Positions 45,822 to 54,659 of a stretch of DNA of 64,000 nt are shown in pieces. The notes under the pieces were generated by a model. The model made no database searches. It worked only from the letters and a program-made list of their open reading frames with translations, and was not told the origin of the DNA. Both the position numbers and the translations under genes were made by a program. Position 1 is the stretch's first letter. Each line of letters starts with the position of its first letter. Source of the DNA: Candidatus Kaiserbacteria bacterium (GTDB lineage: Bacteria; Patescibacteriota; Minisyncoccia; Phycocordibacterales; UBA918); the NCBI GenBank assembly GCA_019634005.1, contig JAHQWD010000002.1:30969-94968 (forward strand), given 5' to 3'.

Positions 45822-46079
45822 GTTCCATGTGGAACTGACAGTATGAGTTTCACGTGGAACAAAGTTACCATTCTCCCTACCTGTTCCATATGGAACAGGT
45901 ACATATTCCTATTTCGTACAGCGTATAGGTTCCATGTGGAACGTGTATTCCTAAAATCTATACAAAACTAAACACCTTTACCTCCAACCAGCTCAATTCA
46001 GGGAGTTTGTTCCATGTGGAACCGTCTAAACAGCTTTTGGCACACTAAATACTTCAAAATCATATGTTTCACGTGGAAC
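45822..46079. repeat. Array of six 14-bp imperfect palindromes, consensus GTTyCAyrTGGAAC (candidate operator/iteron cluster)
   Basis: Copies at 45822 gttccatgtggaac, 45847 gtttcacgtggaac, 45883 gttccatatggaac (perfect palindrome), 45929 gttccatgtggaac, 46009 gttccatgtggaac, 46066 gtttcacgtggaac; spacings 25/36/46/80/57 bp; unique spacers; between tRNA-Pro and a cupin-like gene. Confidence 0.7.
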
Positions 46080-46225
46080 AATAGGCTATATTTACTATGT
46101 CTTTTTATATAAGGTAATAAATAAGCCATATTTTAAAAAGACGTGCTTTTTGAATAAATGTCCTTTATACACATATCCCCTGTTTTATGCACAGTTTTGC
46201 ACATTTCAGGTATACTATCTACATT

Positions 46226-46510
46226 ATGGAACTATCTGAACGATATATACAAAAGCTTGAAGATGAAGGATTTTCTCACGTATGCGATGAACAAGATGAT
46301 CCAGGTAAAATTTACAAAGAACATGAGTGTCAGAATAAAGTGTCTCTTATTATTACGGACGGATCTTTAGAAGTTATTCTTGATAATGAGGTTAAGAGAC
46401 TTTCAACACACGATCGACTTGATATACATCCACAAACAAAACTATCTGCAGTTGTTGGTCCTGAAGGATGCGGATACGTCGTTGGAGAGATGATTAAGGG
46501 TGATTTTTAG
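46226..46510 (+). CDS. hypothetical small protein, possibly cupin-like (94 aa)
   Basis: Start trimmed to MELSERY (ATG 46226); beta-rich with Cys/His (SHVCDEQDDPGKIYKEHEC...GPEGCGYVVGEM); assignment weak. Confidence 0.4.
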   Translation: MELSERYIQKLEDEGFSHVCDEQDDPGKIYKEHECQNKVSLIITDGSLEVILDNEVKRLSTHDRLDIHPQTKLSAVVGPEGCGYVVGEMIKGDF

Positions 46511-46573
46511 AAAATACAGGTTTATCAACGTATTTTATAATATGAACCATTGTACTATGCTATTATAGTACAT

Positions 46574-47227
46574 ATGAGTACACGTAAGGAACGGGCTTTT
46601 GAACTCCGTAAAAAGGGGAAGAGCTATAACCAGATATCCGAAGAAATTGGCGTCGCAAAAAGCACTCTATCCAACTGGTTCAAAGGAATGTCCTTTTCAG
46701 AGGAGATAAAGAAACAGCTTCGTAAAGAAGCCCAGGGAGTGAGTATTGAACGAATTGAACGCCTCAACAGAGTGCGTGGAGAAAAATTAGATGCTCTCTA
46801 CGCAAGGGCACAAGAAGAAGCACGCGCTGAAGCGGGTAAATATGCGTTTAATCCACTTTTTGTAGCTGCCGTAGCGGCATATTGGGGAGAAGGGGACAAG
46901 AAGTCTAAAAATCATGTTCGTCTAACGAATACAGACCCAAAAATGATAGCTCTCTTCCGTAAATTTCTTCTTGAAATATGTAAAATACCTGACGAAAAGA
47001 TAAAAGGGGCGCTCTTTATCTACGAAGACTTAGATGAGGCCGCCTGCAAGGAATACTGGGCGCGTGAGACGGGTATCACACAGTTTCACAAGACGATGAT
47101 ACTGCCGAAACCTAAAGATGAGACACATGTTTCATATGGAACATGTTCTCTTATTGTCTCAAATACGTATCTGAAGACAAAAATGAAGGTTTGGATTGAC
47201 CAATTGCCCGAAATAATATTACAATAG
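46574..47227 (+). CDS. DNA-binding protein: N-terminal HTH plus LAGLIDADG-like segment (homing-endonuclease-like); tentative
   Basis: HTH KGKSYNQISEEIGVAKSTLSNWFKG; later FVAAVAAYWGEGDKKS resembles LAGLIDGDG motif; start trimmed to MSTRKER. Confidence 0.45.
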   Translation: MSTRKERAFELRKKGKSYNQISEEIGVAKSTLSNWFKGMSFSEEIKKQLRKEAQGVSIERIERLNRVRGEKLDALYARAQEEARAEAGKYAFNPLFVAAVAAYWGEGDKKSKNHVRLTNTDPKMIALFRKFLLEICKIPDEKIKGALFIYEDLDEAACKEYWARETGITQFHKTMILPKPKDETHVSYGTCSLIVSNTYLKTKMKVWIDQLPEIILQ

Positions 47228-47234
47228 CGATCAC

Positions 47235-47305
47235 GCGGCCATGGTTAAGTGGTATAACGGGTCCTTGCCAAGGATCAGTCGGGGTTTCGATTACCCCTGG
47301 CCGCA
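47235..47305 (+). tRNA. tRNA-Gly (anticodon GCC)
   Basis: GCGGCCA TG GTTA AGTGGTA TAAC G GGTCC TTGCCAA GGATC AGTC GGGGT TTCGATT ACCCC TGGCCGC A; all stems canonical. Confidence 0.9.
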
Positions 47306-47353
47306 CAAAAGCAAAAAGCCATCACGAACGTGACAGCCTCTTGCTGCGTCTAG

Positions 47354-47425
47354 TGCACCCGGAGGGACTCGAACCCCCAACAACTGATCCGAAGTCAGTC
47401 ATGATATCCATTTCACCACGGGTGC
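47354..47425 (-). tRNA. tRNA-Arg (anticodon UCG)
   Basis: Minus read GCACCCG TG GTGA AATGGATA TCAT G ACTGA CTTCGGA TCAGT TGTT GGGGG TTCGAGT CCCTC CGGGTGC A. Confidence 0.85.
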
Positions 47426-47489
47426 AGTTGGCACATAATACGCGCCCTTAAGCGAAATTGCAATAAAAGTCTGTTAGAATAGCCGTATC

Positions 47490-48962
47490 ATGATCACTAA
47501 AGAACATATTCCTCTTGAAGTACGAATTGTCGCAGAAACGCTTGAGAAAGCGGGTTTTGAAGCGTATCTGGTAGGAGGATGTGTGCGAGACATTCTTACA
47601 GGAAAGACACCAAAAGACTGGGACATTACGACAAATGCCCATCCCGAAGATGTTGAAAAGATATTTGAGAGCACCTTCATGAATAACGACTTCGGTACTG
47701 TTGGTGTCGTAAATGAGGAGACAGAAGACGAGTCTCTTAAGGTAGTGGAAGTAACTCCATACCGAAGTGAGTCTGGATATTCTGATGCTCGACGCCCTGA
47801 TGAGGTGACCTTTGGTGTTTCACTCGATGATGATCTCACTCGAAGAGATTTCACGGTAAACGCCATTGCATACCGTGTAAAGGACAATACGCTCGTAGAC
47901 CCATTTGATGGGCAAAAGGACGTAAAGGACAAAAAACTTCGTGCGGTGGGGGAGGCAAGACTTCGATTTGAAGAGGACGCACTTCGTATGATGCGCGCTG
48001 TACGCCTTGCTGTCGAGCACGATTTCATCATTGAAGCCGAAACCATGGCTGCAATTACCCAAAATGCATCTAACTTGGAGCGTATCTCAAAAGAACGTAT
48101 TCGAGATGAGTTCGTTCGTATCATTAACTCTGCACAGCCCATGCAGGGAATTGTATTCCTTGAGAAGCTGGGACTTCTCCCCTATGTATTGCCACACATT
48201 GCTGACGGTATTGGTATCGAGCAAAACCAAGCACATGCATACGATGTATACGAGCATAACCTCAGGTCTCTCCAGCACGCTGCAGACAAAAACTATCCAT
48301 TCGAGATCCGTCTTGCAGCCCTCCTTCACGACATTGGAAAGCCAGCTACCCGAGAACACAGTGAGGAAAAAAGAGACTGGACCTTCTACAACCACGAGGT
48401 AGTTGGGGCAAAAATGGCTAAAAATATACTCAAAGACCTTAAGTTTCCACGTGAAACCACTGAGACGGTCACAAAACTGGTGCGGTGGCACATGTTTTTC
48501 TCAGACCCAGACCAGGTAACACTCTCTGCAGTGCGACGCACTATACGCAACGTAGGAGAAGAACAGATCTGGAATTTACTCAATCTCCGCATCTGCGACC
48601 GCATTGGTACTGGACGTCCAAAGGAGCAGCCGTTCCGTTTCCGAAAATACAAATCTATGGTGGAGGAAGCACTTCGAGACCCCATTTCTGTAAAGATGCT
48701 TAAAATGGATGGTGGGAAAATCATGGGGATAACTGGTGAAAAACCTGGTCCTAAGTTGGGGAATATTCTTCACGCACTTCTTGAAGAAGTTCTTGATGAC
48801 CCTAAGAAAAATACTGAGGAGTATCTCGAAAAACGAGTAAAAGAACTCTCTGGAATGCCTGAGAAAGAACTTCGTGCACTTGGAGAGAAAGGGAAGGAGA
48901 AGCAGGCGGAAACTGAAGCGCAGGAAATCAAGAAGATACGCCGTAAAAACAAGGTGTATTAA
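47490..48962 (+). CDS. cca: CCA-adding tRNA nucleotidyltransferase with HD domain
   Basis: Pol-beta NTase head (AYLVGGCVRDILTGKTPKDWDITT) and HD motif LAALLHDIGKP. Confidence 0.85.
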   Translation: MITKEHIPLEVRIVAETLEKAGFEAYLVGGCVRDILTGKTPKDWDITTNAHPEDVEKIFESTFMNNDFGTVGVVNEETEDESLKVVEVTPYRSESGYSDARRPDEVTFGVSLDDDLTRRDFTVNAIAYRVKDNTLVDPFDGQKDVKDKKLRAVGEARLRFEEDALRMMRAVRLAVEHDFIIEAETMAAITQNASNLERISKERIRDEFVRIINSAQPMQGIVFLEKLGLLPYVLPHIADGIGIEQNQAHAYDVYEHNLRSLQHAADKNYPFEIRLAALLHDIGKPATREHSEEKRDWTFYNHEVVGAKMAKNILKDLKFPRETTETVTKLVRWHMFFSDPDQVTLSAVRRTIRNVGEEQIWNLLNLRICDRIGTGRPKEQPFRFRKYKSMVEEALRDPISVKMLKMDGGKIMGITGEKPGPKLGNILHALLEEVLDDPKKNTEEYLEKRVKELSGMPEKELRALGEKGKEKQAETEAQEIKKIRRKNKVY

Positions 48963-48970
48963 ACATATAA

Positions 48971-49030
48971 AAAAGCCCGTGGGGATCGAATGCCGAGCCG
49001 TGCTCAGTGCCCGATCCCTACGGGCTTTAT
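48971..49030 (+). terminator. Extended stem-loop after cca (agcccgtggggatcg...cgatccctacgggct) + ttat
   Basis: Long-range 15-bp imperfect stem enclosing inner hairpin; weak T-tract. Confidence 0.45.
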
Positions 49031-49327
49031 AGAATGGGGTGGTTTTACGAAGTGTTACAAGGGCCTCTGCCCAAACGCGATGAGTCATTCCATGCTCAAG
49101 TCGCACAAAAGTAATCACATTCATACTTCAAAATGATTCACATATGTTTCGAACCATCTTGGAAATAGATGAACTATAGAGTTATTTGGAGGTTTTACTC
49201 TTGTACAAAGATCTGCTTTGGGGACAGTAGTCATGTCGCCCGCCTTTCTGGCCTACCCAAAGTATATGTCCTTTAGAGACTTTGTAAAAGACATTACTGT
49301 GGATAAATGTCCTTTATAAAAAGTCCT

Positions 49328-50122
49328 TTAATCTAAGCGTATATCTACAGAAACAGGGCAATGGTCACTCCCCATAACATCTACATGGATCCGTGCATTT
49401 TTAATAAGTGATGTTAGTGCTTCTGAGGTCATCACATAATCAATACGCCATCCAACATTTCGCTCTCGTGCACCACCCCAGTGAGACCACCAGGTGTAGT
49501 GCCCGTTGCCTTTCTCAAAAAGACGGAACGTATCTATAAATCCTGCTTTGAGCATGTTATCGACACCTTCTCGTTCTTCATCGGTGAACCCCTTTTTTCC
49601 TACATTCTGCTTTGGTCGCGCAAGGTCATTCTCAGTATGTGCAACATTGAAATCACCGCAGAAAATAACAGGTTTCTCTTCATTAAGACGTTTCATGTAC
49701 TCTAGATATGCTGGATCCCATTGCTGTCGCATAGGAATGCGTGAGAGATCTTCTTTTGCATTTGGCGTATAGACCGTAGAGACAAAGAAGTTTTCAAACT
49801 CCAAGACAAGTACACGACCTTCTTTCGTCGTGTCACCATAATCATCGGTGAGTTTGTATTTTTTTATAATATCTTCAGGTAAACCATAAAAAACCTCAAT
49901 TGGCGGTATTTTTGTGAAAATAGCGGTGCCAGAATATCCTTTTTTCTCCGCGGAATGCCAATACTCTTCATAGTCTGGTAGATCTACCTCAACCTGATCC
50001 TTGTTGGCCTTTGTCTCTTGAAGACAGAGAATATCTGGCTGATATTTCTCAATAAATGGCAATAGTGCCTCTTTTCTAATAACTGCACGGATGCCGTTCA
50101 CGTTCCAAGAAAAAATTTTCAT
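49328..50122 (-). CDS. xth: exodeoxyribonuclease III (Xth/APE family)
   Basis: MKIFSWNVNGIRA...LCLQETK...WSHWGGARERNVGWRIDYV...GSDHCPV EEP-nuclease motifs. Confidence 0.92.
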   Translation of the reverse strand: MKIFSWNVNGIRAVIRKEALLPFIEKYQPDILCLQETKANKDQVEVDLPDYEEYWHSAEKKGYSGTAIFTKIPPIEVFYGLPEDIIKKYKLTDDYGDTTKEGRVLVLEFENFFVSTVYTPNAKEDLSRIPMRQQWDPAYLEYMKRLNEEKPVIFCGDFNVAHTENDLARPKQNVGKKGFTDEEREGVDNMLKAGFIDTFRLFEKGNGHYTWWSHWGGARERNVGWRIDYVMTSEALTSLIKNARIHVDVMGSDHCPVSVDIRLD

Positions 50123-50161
50123 GGAAATAGTATATACTAGAGAACATATACATCAAAAATA

Positions 50162-50962
50162 GTGATCAATATTATGGACGAGACACAAAACAAATCTATG
50201 GAAACACCTGAAACTATGAATCAGGAAGTAACTGAAACAGGAGAAGGACGTATGCACACCCGCATTATTATTGCCGTTGTTGTTATCGTTATTCTTGCAC
50301 TCGGATATTTCTTCTTTATCGGAGAGCGCACTCCACAGACACCAACAACCGCTGAAACTGTTGGACTTATCGACACTAAGACAAAAGAGCCTGTCGCTCG
50401 TGTTAATAGTGACGAGATTGAACGTGCGTTCTATAACAGCATGGTTATAAACTTAACTAGTGTTGCAGAAACCCAAGGTCTTGATATTACCGATGCAACA
50501 ATACAGGATGCTATAAAAACCCAAGCACTCACTTCACTTGTAAACAATGAACTCCTCCTCCAGAATGCGTCCGCTGATGGTATCACTGTTGATGACGAAA
50601 TCGTTACAACCGAATACGAAAGTCTTGTTACACAGGCAGGAGGGAATGACGTACTGAAGGAGCGTCTTGCTGAAGCACGAATCACTCCTGACATGCTTCG
50701 CATAAATGTTGCCGAACAGCTTGTGGTAAATCAATATCTCGATGCATTCCTTGCAACGCAAGACCTCTCTGTTTCAGACACAGAGGTCTCTTCCTTCTAT
50801 GATTCACTCGTGAGTCAGACCGAAGAAGGCGCTGAAGTCCCGACACTTGCAGACGTACGTGTGCAACTTGAACAGCAGCTTGTACTTCAAAAGCAGCAAG
50901 CGGCCGTCGGGTCACTTCTTGAGACACTCCGCGCAAACGCAACAATCGAGATTCTCATTTAG
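50162..50962 (+). CDS. membrane-anchored SurA N-terminal-domain-like chaperone protein; tentative
   Basis: TM anchor IIIAVVVIVILALGYFFFI then alpha-helical domain (EIERAFYNSMVINLTSV...ERLAEARITPDMLRINVAEQLVVNQYLD) resembling SurA_N/PrsA/PpiD N-domains; no PPIase domain. Confidence 0.5.
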   Translation: MINIMDETQNKSMETPETMNQEVTETGEGRMHTRIIIAVVVIVILALGYFFFIGERTPQTPTTAETVGLIDTKTKEPVARVNSDEIERAFYNSMVINLTSVAETQGLDITDATIQDAIKTQALTSLVNNELLLQNASADGITVDDEIVTTEYESLVTQAGGNDVLKERLAEARITPDMLRINVAEQLVVNQYLDAFLATQDLSVSDTEVSSFYDSLVSQTEEGAEVPTLADVRVQLEQQLVLQKQQAAVGSLLETLRANATIEILI

Positions 50963-51113
50963 TCTCACTACCCAAAAACATCGCGGAAATACCGCGGTGT
51001 TTTTTGCTTTTTATGGAAGAGTGTGCTTCAATATGCACAACAAAGCAGATCTCCTTTGTGGATATTTTTGTGAAGTGGTGATGTTTTGTAGATTAGCACT
51101 TAATACACAAACG

Positions 51114-51320
51114 ATGGTAGGAAAGATTGCACGTCTTACTGACCGTGGATTCGGATTTATTACTCCGGAGGACGGTGAGAAGGACCTCTTCTTCCACGCA
51201 CGCGACCTTGTTGATGTCATGTTTGATGACCTCAAGGAGGGAGAGACTGTGAACTTCGAAGTTGTAGATGGACAGAAAGGTCCAGCTGCAGCTGAGGTTA
51301 CACGTCCTGAAGCGGCGTAG
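51114..51320 (+). CDS. cold-shock protein (CspA family)
   Basis: MVGKIARLTDRGFGFITPEDGEKDLFFHARDL RNP motifs; start trimmed to 51114. Confidence 0.9.
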   Translation: MVGKIARLTDRGFGFITPEDGEKDLFFHARDLVDVMFDDLKEGETVNFEVVDGQKGPAAAEVTRPEAA

Positions 51321-51332
51321 GGAGTATAAAGA

Positions 51333-51362
51333 AAAACCCAGAGCATATGCTCTGGGTTTTTC
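51333..51362 (+). terminator. Rho-independent terminator after csp (aaaaacccagagcatatgctctgggttttt)
   Basis: 10-bp stem + T-tract; second hairpin at 51380-51407. Confidence 0.65.
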
Positions 51363-51421
51363 TTATATATAAACAATTCAGGCCGCTGAGGTAATCCCCA
51401 GCGGCCTTTACAGCGAAGTGT

Positions 51422-51679
51422 TTACTTCACCCTTGATATTCCGAACGCCTTGAACATGTTCTCCTCAACGGTCAATGCATCTGGACTCATGTTTACAAGG
51501 AAAGTACAACCTTGTTCGGTTGTCTCTGCAGAGACAACTTGCGGGCGAAGCCCTTCGACCACTCCATCGATAAGGTCTCGAGTCATTGGTAGCAAAGGGC
51601 CGTCAGCATTGACGATCGTAATCATCGACTGGTTTTCCCCACAAGGGAAGATGTCGAATCTTGCTTCTTCTACAGTCAT
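51422..51679 (-). CDS. hypothetical protein (85 aa)
   Basis: ATG ORF, no motif recognised. Confidence 0.4.
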   Translation of the reverse strand: MTVEEARFDIFPCGENQSMITIVNADGPLLPMTRDLIDGVVEGLRPQVVSAETTEQGCTFLVNMSPDALTVEENMFKAFGISRVK

Positions 51680-51888
51680 TTTGAACCTCTCTTAATGTGC
51701 TTTCTGTTTATTATACCATCTAGAGAATCTATGTCAACTAAAGACGGAGGATTCCTGGCAAATGAGCGAACAGACAGCGTGTTCGGGCAACACCTTGCAA
51801 AAATAGTCAATCTATGGTAGAGTGGTGGCACCTTCGCAGGTAGAAGAAAGACAGCAATTGGTTCAATTGCTTTTTATTTTCAAACATT

Positions 51889-52155
51889 ATGCTAACAAAA
51901 CGAAAGAAAGAAAACGCAACAAAAGATGTGAAGCGTCATGACTCTGACACTGGTTCTCCAGAAGTACAGGTTGCATTGCTTACCAAGCAGATTGACGAGC
52001 TTTCTTCTCACCTCAAGAAACACGCTAAGGATTTTCATTCTCGCCGTGGACTACTCCAGATGGTAGCTGACCGACGTAAGCACCTCAAGTATCTTGAGAA
52101 AAAGAACGAGAAAGCATACAAGAGCATCGTAAAGAAACTTGGTCTGAAGCGATAA
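51889..52155 (+). CDS. rpsO: 30S ribosomal protein S15
   Basis: ...DTGSPEVQVALLTKQIDELSSHLKKHAKDFHSRRGLLQMVADRRKHLKYL typical S15. Confidence 0.93.
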   Translation: MLTKRKKENATKDVKRHDSDTGSPEVQVALLTKQIDELSSHLKKHAKDFHSRRGLLQMVADRRKHLKYLEKKNEKAYKSIVKKLGLKR

Positions 52156-52274
52156 CGACCAGCGAAGGCGCACCACTTGGTGCGCCTTCATGCTACAATG
52201 CGAAGGTACTCTGATTCTCTTTTAATACTGGTACTTCAGAGAAACAATTTTTTAATATATAAACAACTATAAAT

Positions 52275-52853
52275 ATGTCTGTTATTAAACACAAAGAGCA
52301 GCGTGTGGCTCTCTTTATTGACACGCAAAACCTATATCACAGTGCAAAGAATCTCTACAGAGCAAAAGTAAACTTTGACGCCATCGTAAAGGCGGCTGTC
52401 GGAGACCGAAAACTTGTACGGGCACTTGCCTACGTGGTAAACACCGAGAGTGGGGAAGAGAAGCCCTTTTTCGAGGCACTTGAAAAGATTGGAATTGAGG
52501 TAAAAACCAAGGATCTCCAGATCTTCTTCGGTGGTGCTAAGAAGGCAGACTGGGACGTTGGTATGGCAATTGATGCCTGTAAGGTCGCAGACAAGGTGGA
52601 TGCCATTATCATTGCAACAGGGGATGGAGACTTTATTCCGCTTGTAGAATATGTACGTTCGCACGGTGCGCAGATTGAAGCAATCACCTTTGGACGCTCC
52701 GCATCATCAAAGCTCCGAGAATTCGTAGATGACTTTATCGATCTCGATGAAGAGCCAAAGAAATATCTTATTGGATATCGTGCACCACGAAAGAAGCGAG
52801 GTGTCACAAAGAAGATCCAAAAGGTAGTGGGAACTGATACAGACGACATTTAG
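52275..52853 (+). CDS. NYN/LabA-like domain protein
   Basis: RVALFIDTQNLYHSAK ... DWDVGMAIDA ... IIIATGDGDFIPLV acidic residues typical of NYN/LabA fold. Confidence 0.7.
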   Translation: MSVIKHKEQRVALFIDTQNLYHSAKNLYRAKVNFDAIVKAAVGDRKLVRALAYVVNTESGEEKPFFEALEKIGIEVKTKDLQIFFGGAKKADWDVGMAIDACKVADKVDAIIIATGDGDFIPLVEYVRSHGAQIEAITFGRSASSKLREFVDDFIDLDEEPKKYLIGYRAPRKKRGVTKKIQKVVGTDTDDI

Positions 52854-52908
52854 TCTTATTCCCGAATCATAATTCTCAAGAGAGAGTCTCTGCGATACTA
52901 TAAAGTAT

Positions 52909-54222
52909 ATGGCGGAGGAAAAACCTCTTATTGAACGAAAACCTGGAACTGCAAAAGATTCGGAAATCTTTGACGTTGGGCGTGCATTTGAATCAGGTGA
53001 GGTTGCAGGTACTATTGTATCCGACAAAAAACGGAAAGGTGTTTTTGGACAACTGAAGGATGCTGCCACAGAGATTGCAGGAAGTGCAACAAAGGCGGTG
53101 CAGGAAGTAAAAGTTTTTGAAGAACCCGAAGAACCAAAAGTCACTCCAGGTACAGAGCGGAAAGACATCATTGAACGAGCAGTCCAAGATGCCGAGCAAG
53201 CACCACAGGATGATCATGATGTTGTTATTGAACGTATACGCACATTCCAGAAAGACGCAGAACGGGTCAGTGGGAAACCGTACCTTATAAAAAAGAATAA
53301 GGAACAAACAAAATCCTCATGGTCACATGTTATTGGTGATAAGCCCGCAGAGCAGAAAAAAGAAACGGAAACAAAACCTGCACCACAAGTAACGGAGACC
53401 ATACGCCGTGCTCCAAAGCCACAGATGCCGCAGCAGATGGAACGTGCTGTCATTCCAACACGGAAAGTGCCGACAACGGAATCTGTGGTGGAACAAACTC
53501 CACCACCACAGCCAGAACCGCAAGTTGAGGAAACCCCGAAACCAACGCCGCCAGTGCCGCCTCGCCCGCAATCAGCACCACAAGAATCAACACGTACGCG
53601 TTCTCTTGTCACTATTGGTGTCGGTGTCCTTGCAGCTATTATAGTGCTCGGCGGAGGCGTGTACCTCTATACACTTCTCACCAACCCAACAAGTACGACC
53701 GTCACGCAAGAACCAATCGAACTGGATCTCAATGAATACCTCCCTCTGGAGCAGCTTGCAACGCTTCCTGTCCGTCTTGAGAATCAAGAAGCCACTATCT
53801 CTCAAGTAGTGATTGTGACACGCCAAGGAGAAACCACTCCGCTTACCACAACACAATTCTTAACTGCAGTTGCTGAGAATGTTCCAAGTACCCTTGTCCG
53901 TTCTCTTAATGGATCAATGGTTGCAGGCGGTATTCGCACAGGTGGTGGAACATACCCATACCTCCTCTTCCGTACTATTAATTTTGACAACGCGTTTGCA
54001 GGAATGCTTGCCTGGGAACGATCCATGGGTACTGATCTCAACGAGCTCTTCACGCGAGCGCAAGGAGATATATTTGTTGATCGTGTCCTAGAAAACCAAC
54101 ATGTACGTGTCCTCTATGATGTCAATGGTATCGAGCGTCTTGTTTATGGATTTGTGAGTGGACGTATGCTCATTATTACCAATACCAGCGCTTCATTCAA
54201 AGCAATTGTCTCTGAATTGTAA
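52909..54222 (+). CDS. hypothetical membrane-anchored protein with Pro-rich linker and extracytoplasmic domain (437 aa)
   Basis: Low-complexity PQ-rich region (TPPPQPEPQVEETPKPTPPVPPRPQ), TM helix LVTIGVGVLAAIIVLGGGVYLY, globular C-terminus. Confidence 0.5.
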   Translation: MAEEKPLIERKPGTAKDSEIFDVGRAFESGEVAGTIVSDKKRKGVFGQLKDAATEIAGSATKAVQEVKVFEEPEEPKVTPGTERKDIIERAVQDAEQAPQDDHDVVIERIRTFQKDAERVSGKPYLIKKNKEQTKSSWSHVIGDKPAEQKKETETKPAPQVTETIRRAPKPQMPQQMERAVIPTRKVPTTESVVEQTPPPQPEPQVEETPKPTPPVPPRPQSAPQESTRTRSLVTIGVGVLAAIIVLGGGVYLYTLLTNPTSTTVTQEPIELDLNEYLPLEQLATLPVRLENQEATISQVVIVTRQGETTPLTTTQFLTAVAENVPSTLVRSLNGSMVAGGIRTGGGTYPYLLFRTINFDNAFAGMLAWERSMGTDLNELFTRAQGDIFVDRVLENQHVRVLYDVNGIERLVYGFVSGRMLIITNTSASFKAIVSEL

Positions 54223-54245
54223 TCTGCGTGCTATAATCCCTGCAT

Positions 54246-54620
54246 ATGAAAGACACAGTACAATACAAGACAAGACTTGAGGAAGAACTCAAGGAACTTA
54301 CTGCAGAATTAAAAACTATCGGTGTACATGATCCAGAGAACACAGAGAACTGGATCGAATCTGGCGCAGACCTCAATGATCCATCTGCTGATCCACTTGA
54401 TGTAGCAGATCGTACTGAGGAGTACGGCGAGCGCCGTGCAACCGTTGCTGTTCTTGAAACACGCTATAACAACATTACTCGTGCGCTTGAGAAAATAGAA
54501 AAGGGAACCTACGGGATATGTGAGATAAGCGGGGAAGAAATTAGCCCTGAGAGACTCGATGCAAATCCTGCTGCACGAACCTGTACAGCACACATGGAGG
54601 AAGAGAACTCGCTCTCATAA
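54246..54620 (+). CDS. DksA/TraR-family C4 zinc-finger protein
   Basis: Coiled-coil N-terminus then CEISGEEISPERLDANPAARTC zinc-finger. Confidence 0.6.
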   Translation: MKDTVQYKTRLEEELKELTAELKTIGVHDPENTENWIESGADLNDPSADPLDVADRTEEYGERRATVAVLETRYNNITRALEKIEKGTYGICEISGEEISPERLDANPAARTCTAHMEEENSLS

Positions 54621-54624
54621 ATAG

Positions 54625-54655
54625 AAAAAACCGCTTCAACACGAAGCGGTTTTTC
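54625..54655. terminator. Bidirectional terminator (aaaaaaccgcttcaacacgaagcggttttt) between dksA-like (+) and M23 peptidase (-)
   Basis: 8-bp stem flanked by A6/T5. Confidence 0.65.
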
Positions 54656-54659
54656 TTTA

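Noticed and set aside
45822-46079. Considered whether the repeat cluster is a CRISPR array
   Set aside because: Repeats are only 14 bp, palindromic and irregularly spaced (25-80 bp), with three sequence variants and no cas genes in the window; more consistent with protein-binding sites.
47474-48142. 222-aa minus-strand ORF overlapping cca
   Set aside because: Antisense Ser/Arg-rich artefact; the + strand encodes a clear CCA-adding enzyme with HD motif.
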